Both the position numbers and the translations under genes were made by a program. A stretch of 64,000 nucleotides of DNA, taken from Octopus vulgaris (Eukaryota). This document shows, in pieces, positions 53,530-64,000 of this stretch. The stretch is from the NCBI GenBank assembly GCA_951406725.2, contig OX597825.1:24366001-24430000 (forward strand). The letters run 5' to 3'. The first letter of the stretch is position 1; each line of letters begins with the position of its first letter. The notes beneath the pieces were generated by a model that was given only the letters and a program-made list of their open reading frames with translations, ran no database searches and was not told where the DNA came from.

Positions 53530-54374
53530 CTGACCAGTACATCATACCGACCAGTAAAGCAAGCATGCAAATAGAAGGGAGAAAGAAAAACAAATACAGA
53601 AAATAAAAAAAAAATGAACATACAAGGTGGTGCTCCAGCATGGCCACAGTCAAATGACTGAAACAAGTAAAAGAGTAATACAAAAAAAGGGACAGAAGAG
53701 AATTAAGAGAAAAATTGAAGAAAAATTTGAGAAAAATTTCAGGGAAATAATTATGATAAAACTCTCATTAAAATTTTATTTGTTTCAGAGAAGAAAATTA
53801 CTGAGGCACATGGAGGGGAAAGAGGAATGCAGTAGAAGTGGATGCGAAGTGTATACATGGAAGGGAGGGAAAAAAAGGGGAAAAGAAAATTCAAGAAAAA
53901 ATTAGAAAAAATAGGAACAAGGGAGTTCAGGGATACAAAATTAAAAGAAAATTAGAGAGAAATTAGAGAAAGATTAGGGAAAATTTGGAGAAAAATAATT
54001 ACATTATAATGTTGATTAAAAAAGATTATAAATATAAATGAAAATACGATGCTGTTGAAAAATGCAGTGAGGTGTGCATCTGATGCAGAGACTCAGGAAG
54101 TAGGAAATGGTAAGAAGATTGGAAATGGAAAATACTGTCTGAATAGAATCTGTCTACCAAATCTACTCACACACCATTGATTAGCCAGGGGCTCTAGTAG
54201 AAGACACTTGCCCAAAGTGCCACACAATGGACTACCCAATAAGGGCTTAAATGGCTGAAACTTCGAAGTCATTGTCAACAATATTCTTGTATAAGAATAA
54301 TGATATTTTACTCTACAAAAGTATAAAGTAACCCATCAGATTAATGTAAAATTGTTTTTATTTTGACCGGGACA

Positions 54375-54565
54375 ATTGTTAGCATGCTGAGCAAAATGCT
54401 TAATGGCATTTCAACTGTTGCTATGTTCTGAGTTCAAATTCCGCCAAGGTCAACTTTGACTTTCATCCTTTCAGGGCCAATAAATTAAGTACCAGGTAAG
54501 TACTGAGGACAAGATAATCGATCCCCTCCCCCAAATTTCAGGCATTGTGCCTATAGAAGAAAAGA
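54375..54565 (+). mobile_element. SINE family B
   Basis: Family B motifs. Confidence 0.82.
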
Positions 54566-54586
54566 TTATGACTGAACTTAAAAACA

Positions 54587-54631
<45 letters not shown>

Positions 54632-54632
<1 letters not shown>

Positions 54633-54925
54633 GGGCATTATATACATGCCAGAAGGTATTATACATACATGCCAAACGCTAAGAGGGACAATTAGTCATT
54701 TCTGGGATTAGTAATATTTTTGGTAGAAATGACTAATTGTCCCTCTTAGCGTTTGGCATGTATGTATAATGCCTTCTGGCATGTATATAATGCCCTCTAT
54801 ATATAAATTAATATATTCAATAAGAAATAATTATTTTCGAAATTTTTTCTCTTATGAGGTTCTTACGCTATCTACCTGACAATTTCTTGTTAAGTTTTCC
54901 TTATTAAGTAGTTGTCCTTAATTGC
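54632..54925 (+). mobile_element. (TA)n-embedded fold-back element (72-bp arms + tail)
   Basis: 54632-54703 is the near-perfect reverse complement of 54725-54796. Confidence 0.88.
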
Positions 54926-54954
54926 TATATATATATATATATATATATATGGTT

Positions 54955-55222
54955 CCCTGAGCCGGTGGCATGTAATATACATCATCCGAATATGGTCGAT
55001 GCCAGTGCCACCTGACTGGCTCGCATGCCGATGGCATGTGAAAAGCACCCACTACACTCTCAGAGGGGTTGGCATTTAGTAAGGGCATCCAGCTGTAGAA
55101 ACCTTGCCAGATCAGATTGGAGCCTGGTGCAGCCTCCTGGCTTGCCAGTCACCAGTTAAGCCATCCAACCTATGCCAGCATGGAGAATGGATGTTAAACG
55201 ATGATGATGATGATGATGATGA
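54955..55222 (+). mobile_element. Retroposon family C
   Basis: Two head units, core and (GAT)n tail. Confidence 0.85.
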
Positions 55223-55230
55223 TATTTGTA

Positions 55231-55289
<59 letters not shown>

Positions 55290-55320
55290 ATATGTATATA
55301 TATATATATATATATATACA

Positions 55321-55587
55321 CTTTTTCCTCCTCCTCTTTTACCTTTTTTCTCCTACTTCCACTTTTCCACTTGTGTTGCCACCACTTACACCTACACAAA
55401 AATGTGACCGCGTGTGTACCGTTGGCGATTTTTTCTCCTCTGTCTTTCATTTTCCTATGTTTCTGATGAAGAGCTCCGCTCGAAATGTTAAACCCTCCTT
55501 CTTTCCTTCTTTCCTGAGCGTCCAATAATACTATATTTGTTCCACATCCTCACGTTGTTGTGTTTTTTTGTGCTTTCTTGTTTGGAT

Positions 55588-55592
<5 letters not shown>
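55321..55592 (+). mobile_element. HHR element family H1 (longer 5' end)
   Basis: Homologous to 31056-31243; (TA)n on both sides. Confidence 0.9.
55459..55493 (+). ncRNA. Minimal type-I hammerhead ribozyme (H1)
   Basis: gttt CTGATGA a gagc tcc gctc GAAA tg TT aaac. Confidence 0.75.
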
Positions 55593-55631
<39 letters not shown>

Positions 55632-55854
55632 ATTGTGGGGGTTTGATGACCCCATAAAGCTGCTAGTATTTGGCATGTGGAGCTTTCAACTGAGAGAACT
55701 TGCATCTACAAGTTGTTTGCAAACTATATATATATGTATGTATGAGCCATCCTCCACACCAGAAGTGTTACGGTCACACACCCCACCACCACCACTCCCC
55801 ACCCCCCACCACTCCCCAGTCCCCTGTGAAGAGGCTTGGCCTACAAGAGTCCTC

Positions 55855-56103
55855 TACTGGTGCCATGTAAAATGCGTTCATGCTACTGCCACACAAAAGT
55901 GCTCGTGTACTGCCATGTAAATGCAACCAGCACACCCTGTAAAGTGTTTGGTGTTAGGAAGGGCAACAAGTTGTAGAAAACATGCCAAATCAGATTGGAG
56001 CCTGGGGAAGCTTCCCAGCTTGACAGCTCTAGTCAAACCATTCTCCACGTGCCAGCATAGAAAGTGGACATTAACTGGTAAGGATGATGAAGATGATGAT
56101 GAT
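55855..56103 (+). mobile_element. Retroposon family C, diverged
   Basis: Core and (GAT)n tail. Confidence 0.75.
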
Positions 56104-56126
56104 ATATATATATATATATATATATA

Positions 56127-56199
56127 TGAAGAGAAAGACACAATATGGTCTCCTTATTCAATGGGAATTTGGTAAATTGTGGCTTTCGAAACACGTGTA
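56127..56199 (+). ncRNA. 5'-truncated hammerhead ribozyme in a (TA)n-flanked insert (56127-56265)
   Basis: TGAAGA gaaag a cacaat..attgtg g ctttc GAAA cacgtg TA; C3 and the 5' strand of stem I are replaced by (TA)n. Confidence 0.7.
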
Positions 56200-56260
56200 G
56201 AATGCAATAAAACGATTTCTGTTCAATCTTCGTTCAACTCCATTTCTTCAATTCACTAAT

Positions 56261-56290
<30 letters not shown>

Positions 56291-56291
<1 letters not shown>

Positions 56292-56698
56292 GGCGTAGGA
56301 GTGGCTGTGTGGTAAGTAGATTGCTTATGAACCACATGGTTCCTGGTTCAGTCCCACTGCATGGTACCTTGGGCAAGTGTTATCTACTATAGCCTTGGGC
56401 CAACCAAAGACTTCTGAGAGGATTTGGTAGATAGAAACTGACAGAAGCCCATCGTATGTATGTATACATATGTGTATGTGTGTGTGTGTGTATATGTTTG
56501 CGTGTCTGTGTTTGTCCACCCAACATCACTTGACAACTGATGCTGGTGAGTTTACATCCCCGTTACTTAGCAGTTCAGCCAAAGAGACCAATAGAATAAG
56601 TACTAGGCTTACAAAGAATAAGTCCTGGGGTCAATTTGCTCAACTAAAAGTGGTGCTCCAGCATGGCCAGAGTCAAATGACTGAAACAAGTAAAAGAG

Positions 56699-56700
<2 letters not shown>
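56291..56700 (+). mobile_element. SINE family A, full length
   Basis: Reference-quality copy with A/B boxes, internal microsatellite and tail. Confidence 0.92.
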
Positions 56701-56729
<29 letters not shown>

Positions 56730-56738
56730 CTCTCTCTT

Positions 56739-56769
<31 letters not shown>

Positions 56770-56796
56770 TTATAAATATACATATACATACATACA

Positions 56797-56832
<36 letters not shown>

Positions 56833-57309
56833 TATATTTGATTACAAGGGATCCATAAAGAATCAAAGAATAAGGAAATGAAGGATGTCTCTAGTTGGCC
56901 AGACAGAATCCTGCAAAGCAGACAGTTGCATAATCCATTACCATATCATGGAAGGCATTGAGGAAGAAAGTTCACTGCTGTTTGGTAGTCTGCAATTCCG
57001 ACAGCGTCTGAAAATATCTGATGATAAATGGAACTTTAAGCATGGCTTCAAAGCATCAAAACAGACAAATAGGTTATCTGGTATAACTACAAATGTTTCA
57101 GTAGGAGTTTTTATTTTGACATAAGCATAATATAATGTGTTAGACAGTATAATATGTTACTACACAACCTCACTAATTGTATTATTCTTGCACCGAAGCA
57201 CCAAAGCAAAATCTTCTAATGGAACAATTGTAGCAATACCGGATAAACCATTCCTCTGTCTTATATATTTGAATATATATATTTGTATATATAAATGTAT
57301 ATATATATG

Positions 57310-57348
<39 letters not shown>

Positions 57349-57389
57349 ATATATATATATGTACACATATATATATGTTCACATACATA

Positions 57390-57430
<41 letters not shown>

Positions 57431-57437
<7 letters not shown>

Positions 57438-57684
57438 TATATTATATTAAATTAGAGATAAAACCACTATTAGGCAAATCAAACAATGAAAAACTTAAGC
57501 CAATACATAAAATTAATTAATTTATATTATTTTAAATATATATCAAAAGTATTAAAAGTTTAATAAAAGATAATGAGTAAAACACTACGATCGTTTCATG
57601 GCTGTCCAATTCATAATAATTTGAGTTATGGTTACAGTCAATCTTCAGGTAATTGAAATATCAGACTCTATATTCTATATTCCA

Positions 57685-57687
<3 letters not shown>
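57431..57687 (-). mobile_element. Family H2 copy carrying the HHR
   Basis: Near-identical to the 19765-19898 arm, extended through the ribozyme; (TA)n on both sides. Confidence 0.9.
57581..57654 (-). ncRNA. Type-I hammerhead ribozyme (H2)
   Basis: Minus strand: aattac CTGAAGA ttgactgt..acagccat GAAA cgatcg TA gtgttt; palindromic ACGATCGT stem/loop III. Confidence 0.8.
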
Positions 57688-57740
<53 letters not shown>

Positions 57741-58039
57741 ATGATAAGAGTAAATAATTTCTATAAAGGCTTTTAAAAAAACCTCAATTATTTACTGGTA
57801 GAATTCGGTATGTAAATATAGCCGATTACTGGCAGGAACTTCTGTAAAGTTCAGTATATATATTGTATATAAGAAAAAGGGACAGGCAAAACAGGTTGCT
57901 TGACCGCATACCGAAAAAATAGAAATAGCAGTCAAGAATGCTTATTTCTATCAAAGTTGGACTCCGGGCATGACAGACCCTGTAATTCACATATGCAAAA
58001 CAGAAGGAATAGATAACGAATACGAAGTCTGGTGGTTAT

Positions 58040-58150
58040 CTGTGAACATCATGTTTCTGGATTATAAACATATTGAATATATATTCCATATATTTTTGAT
58101 ATATATTTCATATATATTGCATATATATTTCACATCCTTCTTCAGCACAG
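58040..58150 (-). ncRNA. Type-I hammerhead ribozyme, long AU-rich stem II (unit 1)
   Basis: Minus strand: ctgtg CTGAAGA a ggat..atcc a GAAA ca tga tg TT cacag. Confidence 0.8.
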
Positions 58151-58681
58151 CTTTCCATTGAAAAAGATTTATCATAGATTTATCAAATGCTACGTACCTC
58201 AAACCTTCTGACCATGCGACATCAAAATATTTGAAGAAAGTGAGCAAAGGCTAAACCTACATAGACGTTTGAATTCATAAATCTTCCCTCCAAAATTTTG
58301 CTATGCGCATTACAAAAATAGTTCCGTAAGATGGGGAACAATTAGGTTGTCAAAGGGAGTGAAAAGTCCAAATAGTAATATAATGATAAGAGTAAATAAT
58401 TTCTATAAAGGCTTTTAAAAAAACCTCAATTATTTACTGCTAGAATTCGGTATGTAAATATAGCCGATTACCGGCAGGAACTTCTGTAAAGTTCAGTATA
58501 TATATTGTATATAAGAAAAAGGGACAGGCAAAACAGGTTGCTTGACCGCATACCGAAAAAATAGAAATAGCAGTCAAGAATGCTTATTTCTATCAAAGTT
58601 GGACTCCGGGCATGACAGACCCTGTAATTCACATATGCAAAACAGAAGGAATAGATAACGAATATGAAGTCTGGCGGTTAT

Positions 58682-58792
58682 CTGTGAACATCATGTTTCT
58701 GGATTATAAACATATTGAATATATATTCCATATATTTTTGATATATATTTCATATATATTGCATATATATTTCACATCCTTCTTCAGCACAG
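58682..58792 (-). ncRNA. Type-I hammerhead ribozyme (unit 2)
   Basis: Same motif 642 bp away. Confidence 0.8.
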
Positions 58793-59231
58793 CTTTCCAT
58801 TGAAAAAGATTTATCATAGATTTATCAAATGCTACGTACCTCAAACCTTCTGACCATGCGACATCAAAATATTTGAAGAAAGTGAGCAAAGGCTAAACCT
58901 ACATAGACGTTTGAATTCATAAATCTTCCCTCCAAAATTTTGCCATGCGCATTACAAAAATAGTTCCGTAAGATGGGGAACAATTAGGTTGTCAAAGGGA
59001 GTGAAAAATCCAAATAGTAATATAATGATAAGAGTAAATAATTTCTATAAAGGCTTTTAAAAAAACCCCAATTATTTACTGGTAGAATTCGGTATGTAAA
59101 TATAGCCGATTACCGGCAGGAACTTCTGTAAAGTTCAGTATATATACAATATATATACTGAACTTTACAGAAGTTCCTGCCGGTAATCGGCTATATTTAT
59201 ATTTATATATAGATATATATATACATATATA

Positions 59232-59424
59232 TCAAATTAGAGATAAAACCACTATTAGGCAAATCAAACAGTGAAAATCATAAACCAATACATAGAAATA
59301 AAATTAATTGATAAAATATATAAAATATAAAATTCAAAATTTAAATTATTTAAATTTAAAGTTAAAATTTTAAAAAATATTTAAATTAATAATTTATACT
59401 TATAAATTTTTATATATATATATA

Positions 59425-59489
<65 letters not shown>

Positions 59490-59545
59490 TTATTATTATT
59501 TTTTTTTATACATATAACTATCAAAAAGTATTAAAAGTTTAATAT
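59232..59545 (-). mobile_element. Family H2-related fragment interrupted by microsatellites
   Basis: aattagagataaaaccactattaggcaaatcaaaca..tatcaaaaagtattaaaagtttaata. Confidence 0.7.
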
Positions 59546-59839
59546 AATATATATATATATTGTGGAGGCGCAATGGCAGCAGACTTTCTTCTGTTGGCCT
59601 GCCCACTTAGCCAGCAGAGTGGCATCATTTGAAGGCTAAAACAATGCGAAGCGCATTGTGGCCAGCGATGTGTAGCAACATCTGATAGCCTGGTCAATCA
59701 CGGTGACAGTGATATGTATTTATGTATGTATATATATATGTTGGGGCTCACGGAGACAATAACGAAGACCTTTGGCACTATGTCATGCTTGAGCAGAAGA
59801 CCCATCAAACTGAGTGAAAGCACAGTCATGGAAGATATT

Positions 59840-60103
59840 GGTTTCATTCAAATTGGCACCCATGCTGGTAGTATTTAAAGGAACTCCTGTATCGTGCAAA
59901 TGGCACTAGTGCTGGTGGCACATAAAAGCAGCCATTGTGCTTTTAGAGTGGTTGGCATTAGGAAGGGCATCCAGCCTTAGAAAACCATGTCAAGCCAGAC
60001 TAGAATCTGGTGCAGCCTTCCAGCGTGCCAGCCCAGTCAAACCATCCAAGCCATACCAGCATGGACACTAGAAGTTAAATGATGATGATGATGATGATGA
60101 TGA
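59840..60103 (+). mobile_element. Retroposon family C
   Basis: Core and (GAT)n tail. Confidence 0.8.
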
Positions 60104-60262
60104 TACGTATATATATATATATATGTGTGTGTGTGTATGTGTACATGTATACAATATATATATATATATATGTATGTATGTATGTATGCATGTATGTATG
60201 TATGTATATATGTACATGTATATATATAAATGTGTATGTGTATATATGTATATATATATATA

Positions 60263-60422
60263 CTTTATTTAAAGCAGCAGAAAATTAAACAAAACCTGTT
60301 ACTCTGAGTTTCCCCTTGCCGTTTTGTTGAATTTTCTGCTGCTTTAAATAAAGCATATTACTCTACCACTGGTATTTGAGTACTCTTTTTTCCACCTTGT
60401 TTCACATTTATGTGTTTACTCT

Positions 60423-60424
<2 letters not shown>
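60263..60424 (+). mobile_element. (TA)n-embedded fold-back element with the 3' half of an HHR in the inverted arm
   Basis: Arms 60263-60294 / 60322-60353; minus 60296-60321 reads cggcaaggg GAAA ctc a gag TA acag. Confidence 0.75.
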
Positions 60425-60466
<42 letters not shown>

Positions 60467-60479
60467 TATATATATAGGC

Positions 60480-60860
60480 ACTTATGCCTGTGCTAGTAGG
60501 GTGCCAAGAGCACCATCCGCGCATGATCGTTGCCAGAGCAGCCAACTGGCTTCCATACCCATGGCACGTAAAAGGGCACCATTTGAGCGTGATCGTTACC
60601 AACGTCGCTTCACTGGCACGTGTAAAAGATTCGAGGAAGGTCATTGCCAGTATTGCCTGACTGGCCCCTGTGCCGGTGGCACGTAAAAAGCACCCTCTAC
60701 ACTCACAGAGTGGTTGGCGTTAGGAAGGGCATCCAGCTGTAGAAACTCTGCCAGGTCAAGATTGAAGCCTGGTGCAGCCTCCTGGCTTCCCAGAACCCCG
60801 GTCTAACCGTCCAGCCCATGCTAGCACAGAAAACAGACGTTAAATGATGATGATGATGAT
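60480..60860 (+). mobile_element. Retroposon family C with four tandem head units
   Basis: Repeated ggcacgtaaaa..gcacc units, core and (GAT)n tail. Confidence 0.87.
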
Positions 60861-61589
60861 ATATATATATAACAAGTTGTCAATAGATGTTTGGAATGCT
60901 ATGTTCATCTTGATCTCAATGACATTTATTCCTTTGAGCTTGTTTCTAACATTCGACGTTTGTTTGTGTCTATTGTTTCTCTGTTTATTTTAAAGAAAAC
61001 AATATTTTCTTGATGTCAAAATTGAAGCCACTTGTCATATGAATAATTTATAGTGGCGGGAACATTTTGTCATAGCTCCATTAATTTACTGGCCTGTAGA
61101 GAATGTAAATAAAACCATTTTTATACATCTTATCCTGCAGTTTTACTTTAACATGGTTTGAATTTATAATGTTCAACAATTTCCTAACAACTCCGTATTG
61201 TGTTTATCAAACACAACCACTTCTTAGTTTGTTGAAGTGCTTTATTTTCTTTCCCACAAACTGAAATTACCCTCTTGGCTTAAATTGACTCTCAGGTATC
61301 TCAATGCCAAGAAAAATTTTCTTCTATTCTACAAATCATTGCTTATAAGAATAGATCATTTCTATATTTGATTCCCCACAGGTAACCAATCAGAACTTTT
61401 TTTTTTATGGCCTTGAGAACTAGGATAAACAAACAGCTATGTAAACCCTAAGAGATACCTATCTAAATGTTAAGTGTGTGTGGTGGGGTGTGCTCCGAAA
61501 GGAGGACTCAGGGAGTAGCATTCCTGGCCTGTCTGAGCTAGTTTTCCACCACATTTCTTAAAAATTGTGGTAGATTATATATATATGTT

Positions 61590-61624
<35 letters not shown>

Positions 61625-61627
61625 AAG

Positions 61628-61647
61628 GGACAAACACAGACACACAA

Positions 61648-61678
<31 letters not shown>

Positions 61679-61855
61679 CATATACATTTATACGATGGGC
61701 TTCTTTCAGTTTTTGTCAATCAAATCCACTCACAAGGCTTTGGTTGGCCTGAGGCTATAGTAGAAGACACTTGCCCAAGGTGCCACGCAGTGGGACTGAA
61801 TCCGGAACCATGTGGTTGGTAAACAAGCTACTTAACACACAGCCACTCCTACGCC
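61628..61855 (-). mobile_element. SINE family A
   Basis: Family A motifs in reverse. Confidence 0.88.
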
Positions 61856-61978
61856 TTTTTAACAATATTTATATTAAAACTTTTCTTTCCTGAATGTACA
61901 CTGCTTAAATTGGAATACACCTATACAACATATATATATGTCTGTGTTTTTATACAGACAGATAGATTGATAGATAGG

Positions 61979-62046
<68 letters not shown>

Positions 62047-62830
62047 GTGTACATGTCTGAGCCAGTGCATGTGTGTGAGTCTTATCTCACTTATAGTTTA
62101 GTTTTGGTTAAATGGTTTCCAACACACATCACTGATTTCAGACATATTATTTACATAATTAATAAACACACAAACAACTATATGATTGATATGTGCATCT
62201 GTATGTAATGTTTTCTTTTTTTTTTTGTCATTATTTTTCTTATTGTTCACTGTTTTCTTCTGGTAGTTTACAGTGAAAGTACCAAGTAGACAATTCTGTC
62301 TGTTTTGAAATTGTTCGCTATGTTTCTCACCACACACATGCACATACACATACAAGCCCGCACACACATACACAGATGCACGCATATACATACACACACT
62401 TCAGTGATATTTCGAAGAGGTATTATAGTTGAATTCACTAAAACAATAAAAAGTATACAATAATGATCTGGATATGATTGTGATGTTTCTGCCTGGTGTA
62501 CCCTTATCAGACGGGTAGACATGATTGGTGTATTGGGCTTCATATATTTGTACTCCGGTATCATTTTGATGGTATGCACTGCTCTCTTACTCAATAATAA
62601 TAATATTAATAATTCCCTCTGGAAACATGGTTGTTTCATTCATCATCCTTAAACAAACCTTATTTAGGAATCTTTTGAACAAGAAAGCTAAGGACTACTT
62701 GATCTAAAGAAAATTAACCAGTTGATCATATCCCTTAATGACTGACAATATGTGCATCTCTGATCACAAGCAAAAGTAGTGGGGGAGCATCATAGCCGTG
62801 TGTTGCCAAACTTTTCCAGTATTTTGTTCT

Positions 62831-62883
<53 letters not shown>

Positions 62884-62927
62884 ATATATATCATCATCAT
62901 CATCATCATACAATTATATACATATAA

Positions 62928-63230
62928 ATGCCAGTGGCACGTCAAAAGCAACATTTGAGCATGGTTGATGCCAGTACTGCCAGACTGGTGCCCATGCTGG
63001 TGAAACATAAAAAGCACCATTCAGGCTGGTGCCCGTGCTGGTGGCATGTAAAAAGCACACACAACACTCTCGGAGTGGTTGATGTTAGGAAGGGCATCCA
63101 GCTGTAGAAACCTTGCCAGATCAGATTGGAGTCTGGTGCAGCCTCCTGGCTTGTCAGTTGTTAGTCAAACCATCCAACCCATGCCAGCATGGAAAGGGGA
63201 CGTTAAACAATGATGATAATGATGATGATA
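62928..63230 (+). mobile_element. Retroposon family C
   Basis: Three head units, core and (GAT)n tail. Confidence 0.85.
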
Positions 63231-63241
63231 ATAAATATATA

Positions 63242-63286
<45 letters not shown>

Positions 63287-63304
63287 ATGAATATATATAT
63301 ATAT

Positions 63305-63345
<41 letters not shown>

Positions 63346-63372
63346 TGTTGTTATGAATATAAATATACACGC

Positions 63373-63404
<32 letters not shown>

Positions 63405-63764
63405 ATGTATATCATGTAAGATACCATTTAAGCATGTCTTATGGAACTATTTGATTTCTGTAGCTCTTTATTTTATTTTGTTCCGGTTTGTTTTTGCTTT
63501 TCTTGTTTCCTTATCTTTTTCTTATTTTGAAGAAATTCAGAACCAGTTTAAAAACAAAACAAAACAATTTACTTCAAACAATGCCTCAAATATACATCTA
63601 CATCATTTCAAATGCTTTATTTTGTAAAACACAAGCTCTTCAATGAGACGATTCAAAGAAATATTTATAGGAAATATTCTGATATATTGACATCTTAGCA
63701 AAAATTTATTTTCAGACAACAAAATGATCATATTTTCTTTCTATTTTATTGTTTCTATATTATT

Positions 63765-63886
63765 TTATTTTTCATTTATTTTGTTTATTTGGCTTCTGTT
63801 TATTTTTTTTTGTGTTGTGTTTTCCAATTTTTCAAATACTCTGTTTCTGTCAAAGCCTAAAGATATTTGAAGATATTTGTAGAATT
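63765..63886 (-). CDS. Candidate terminal exon, xFYKYLQISLGFDRNRVFEKLENTTQKKINRSQINKINEK*
   Basis: Acceptor tgtattccag then phase-1 ORF; A-rich, so it could be open by chance. Confidence 0.2.
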
Positions 63887-64000
63887 CTGGAATACATTTG
63901 TACCATTCCAGTATCTATGCATGTGTGCATATGTGCATGTACGCATGCATGTTTATGAGGTGTGTGTGTGTATGCACACATGTGTATGTATACACACATA

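Larger units (their letters stand above)
57738..59199 (-). mobile_element. 642-bp tandem repeat (about 2.2 units) with inverted terminal segment, in (TA)n; retrozyme/PLE pLTR-like
   Basis: atgataagag at 57741, 58383 and 59025; units differ by only a handful of substitutions; 59147-59199 is an inverted copy of the preceding about 50 bp. Confidence 0.93.

Noticed and set aside
57080-57180. Minus-strand GAAAcatttgTA with upstream ttagtga
   Set aside because: Core too degenerate and stem I does not pair convincingly
57970-58889. Duplicated 61-63 aa ORFs in the 642-bp repeat
   Set aside because: Short, low-complexity and overlapping the ribozyme; duplicated only because the unit is

Overview
AT-rich, repeat-dense eukaryotic DNA. 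The tRNA-derived SINE families and extreme (TA)n/(GAT)n/(TAA)n microsatellite load point to a coleoid cephalopod, most likely Octopus (inference). No intact host gene is recognisable, and almost all ORFs in the track are microsatellite artefacts. Recognisable coding remnants are all transposon-derived: RTE and CR1 LINE 3' ends, an R4/Dong-type RLE fragment, a Penelope-like RT-tail plus GIY-YIG fragment, and Tc1/mariner transposases. The main discovery is about 14 type-I hammerhead ribozyme (HHR) motifs, intact, variant or truncated, in several families of short non-coding elements. Most sit in (TA)n tracts and often show the Penelope-type 'inverted arm + longer direct arm' hairpin. Highlights: a 642-bp tandem repeat with one HHR per unit (retrozyme-like, predicting a 642-nt monomer or circRNA), a copy whose 5' junction falls at the predicted cleavage site, and a U3-A8 core variant. 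A weaker signal is a series of minus-strand splice acceptors followed by short phase-1 ORFs, which could be alternative last exons of a large host gene. Repeat boundaries were read by eye and are approximate.
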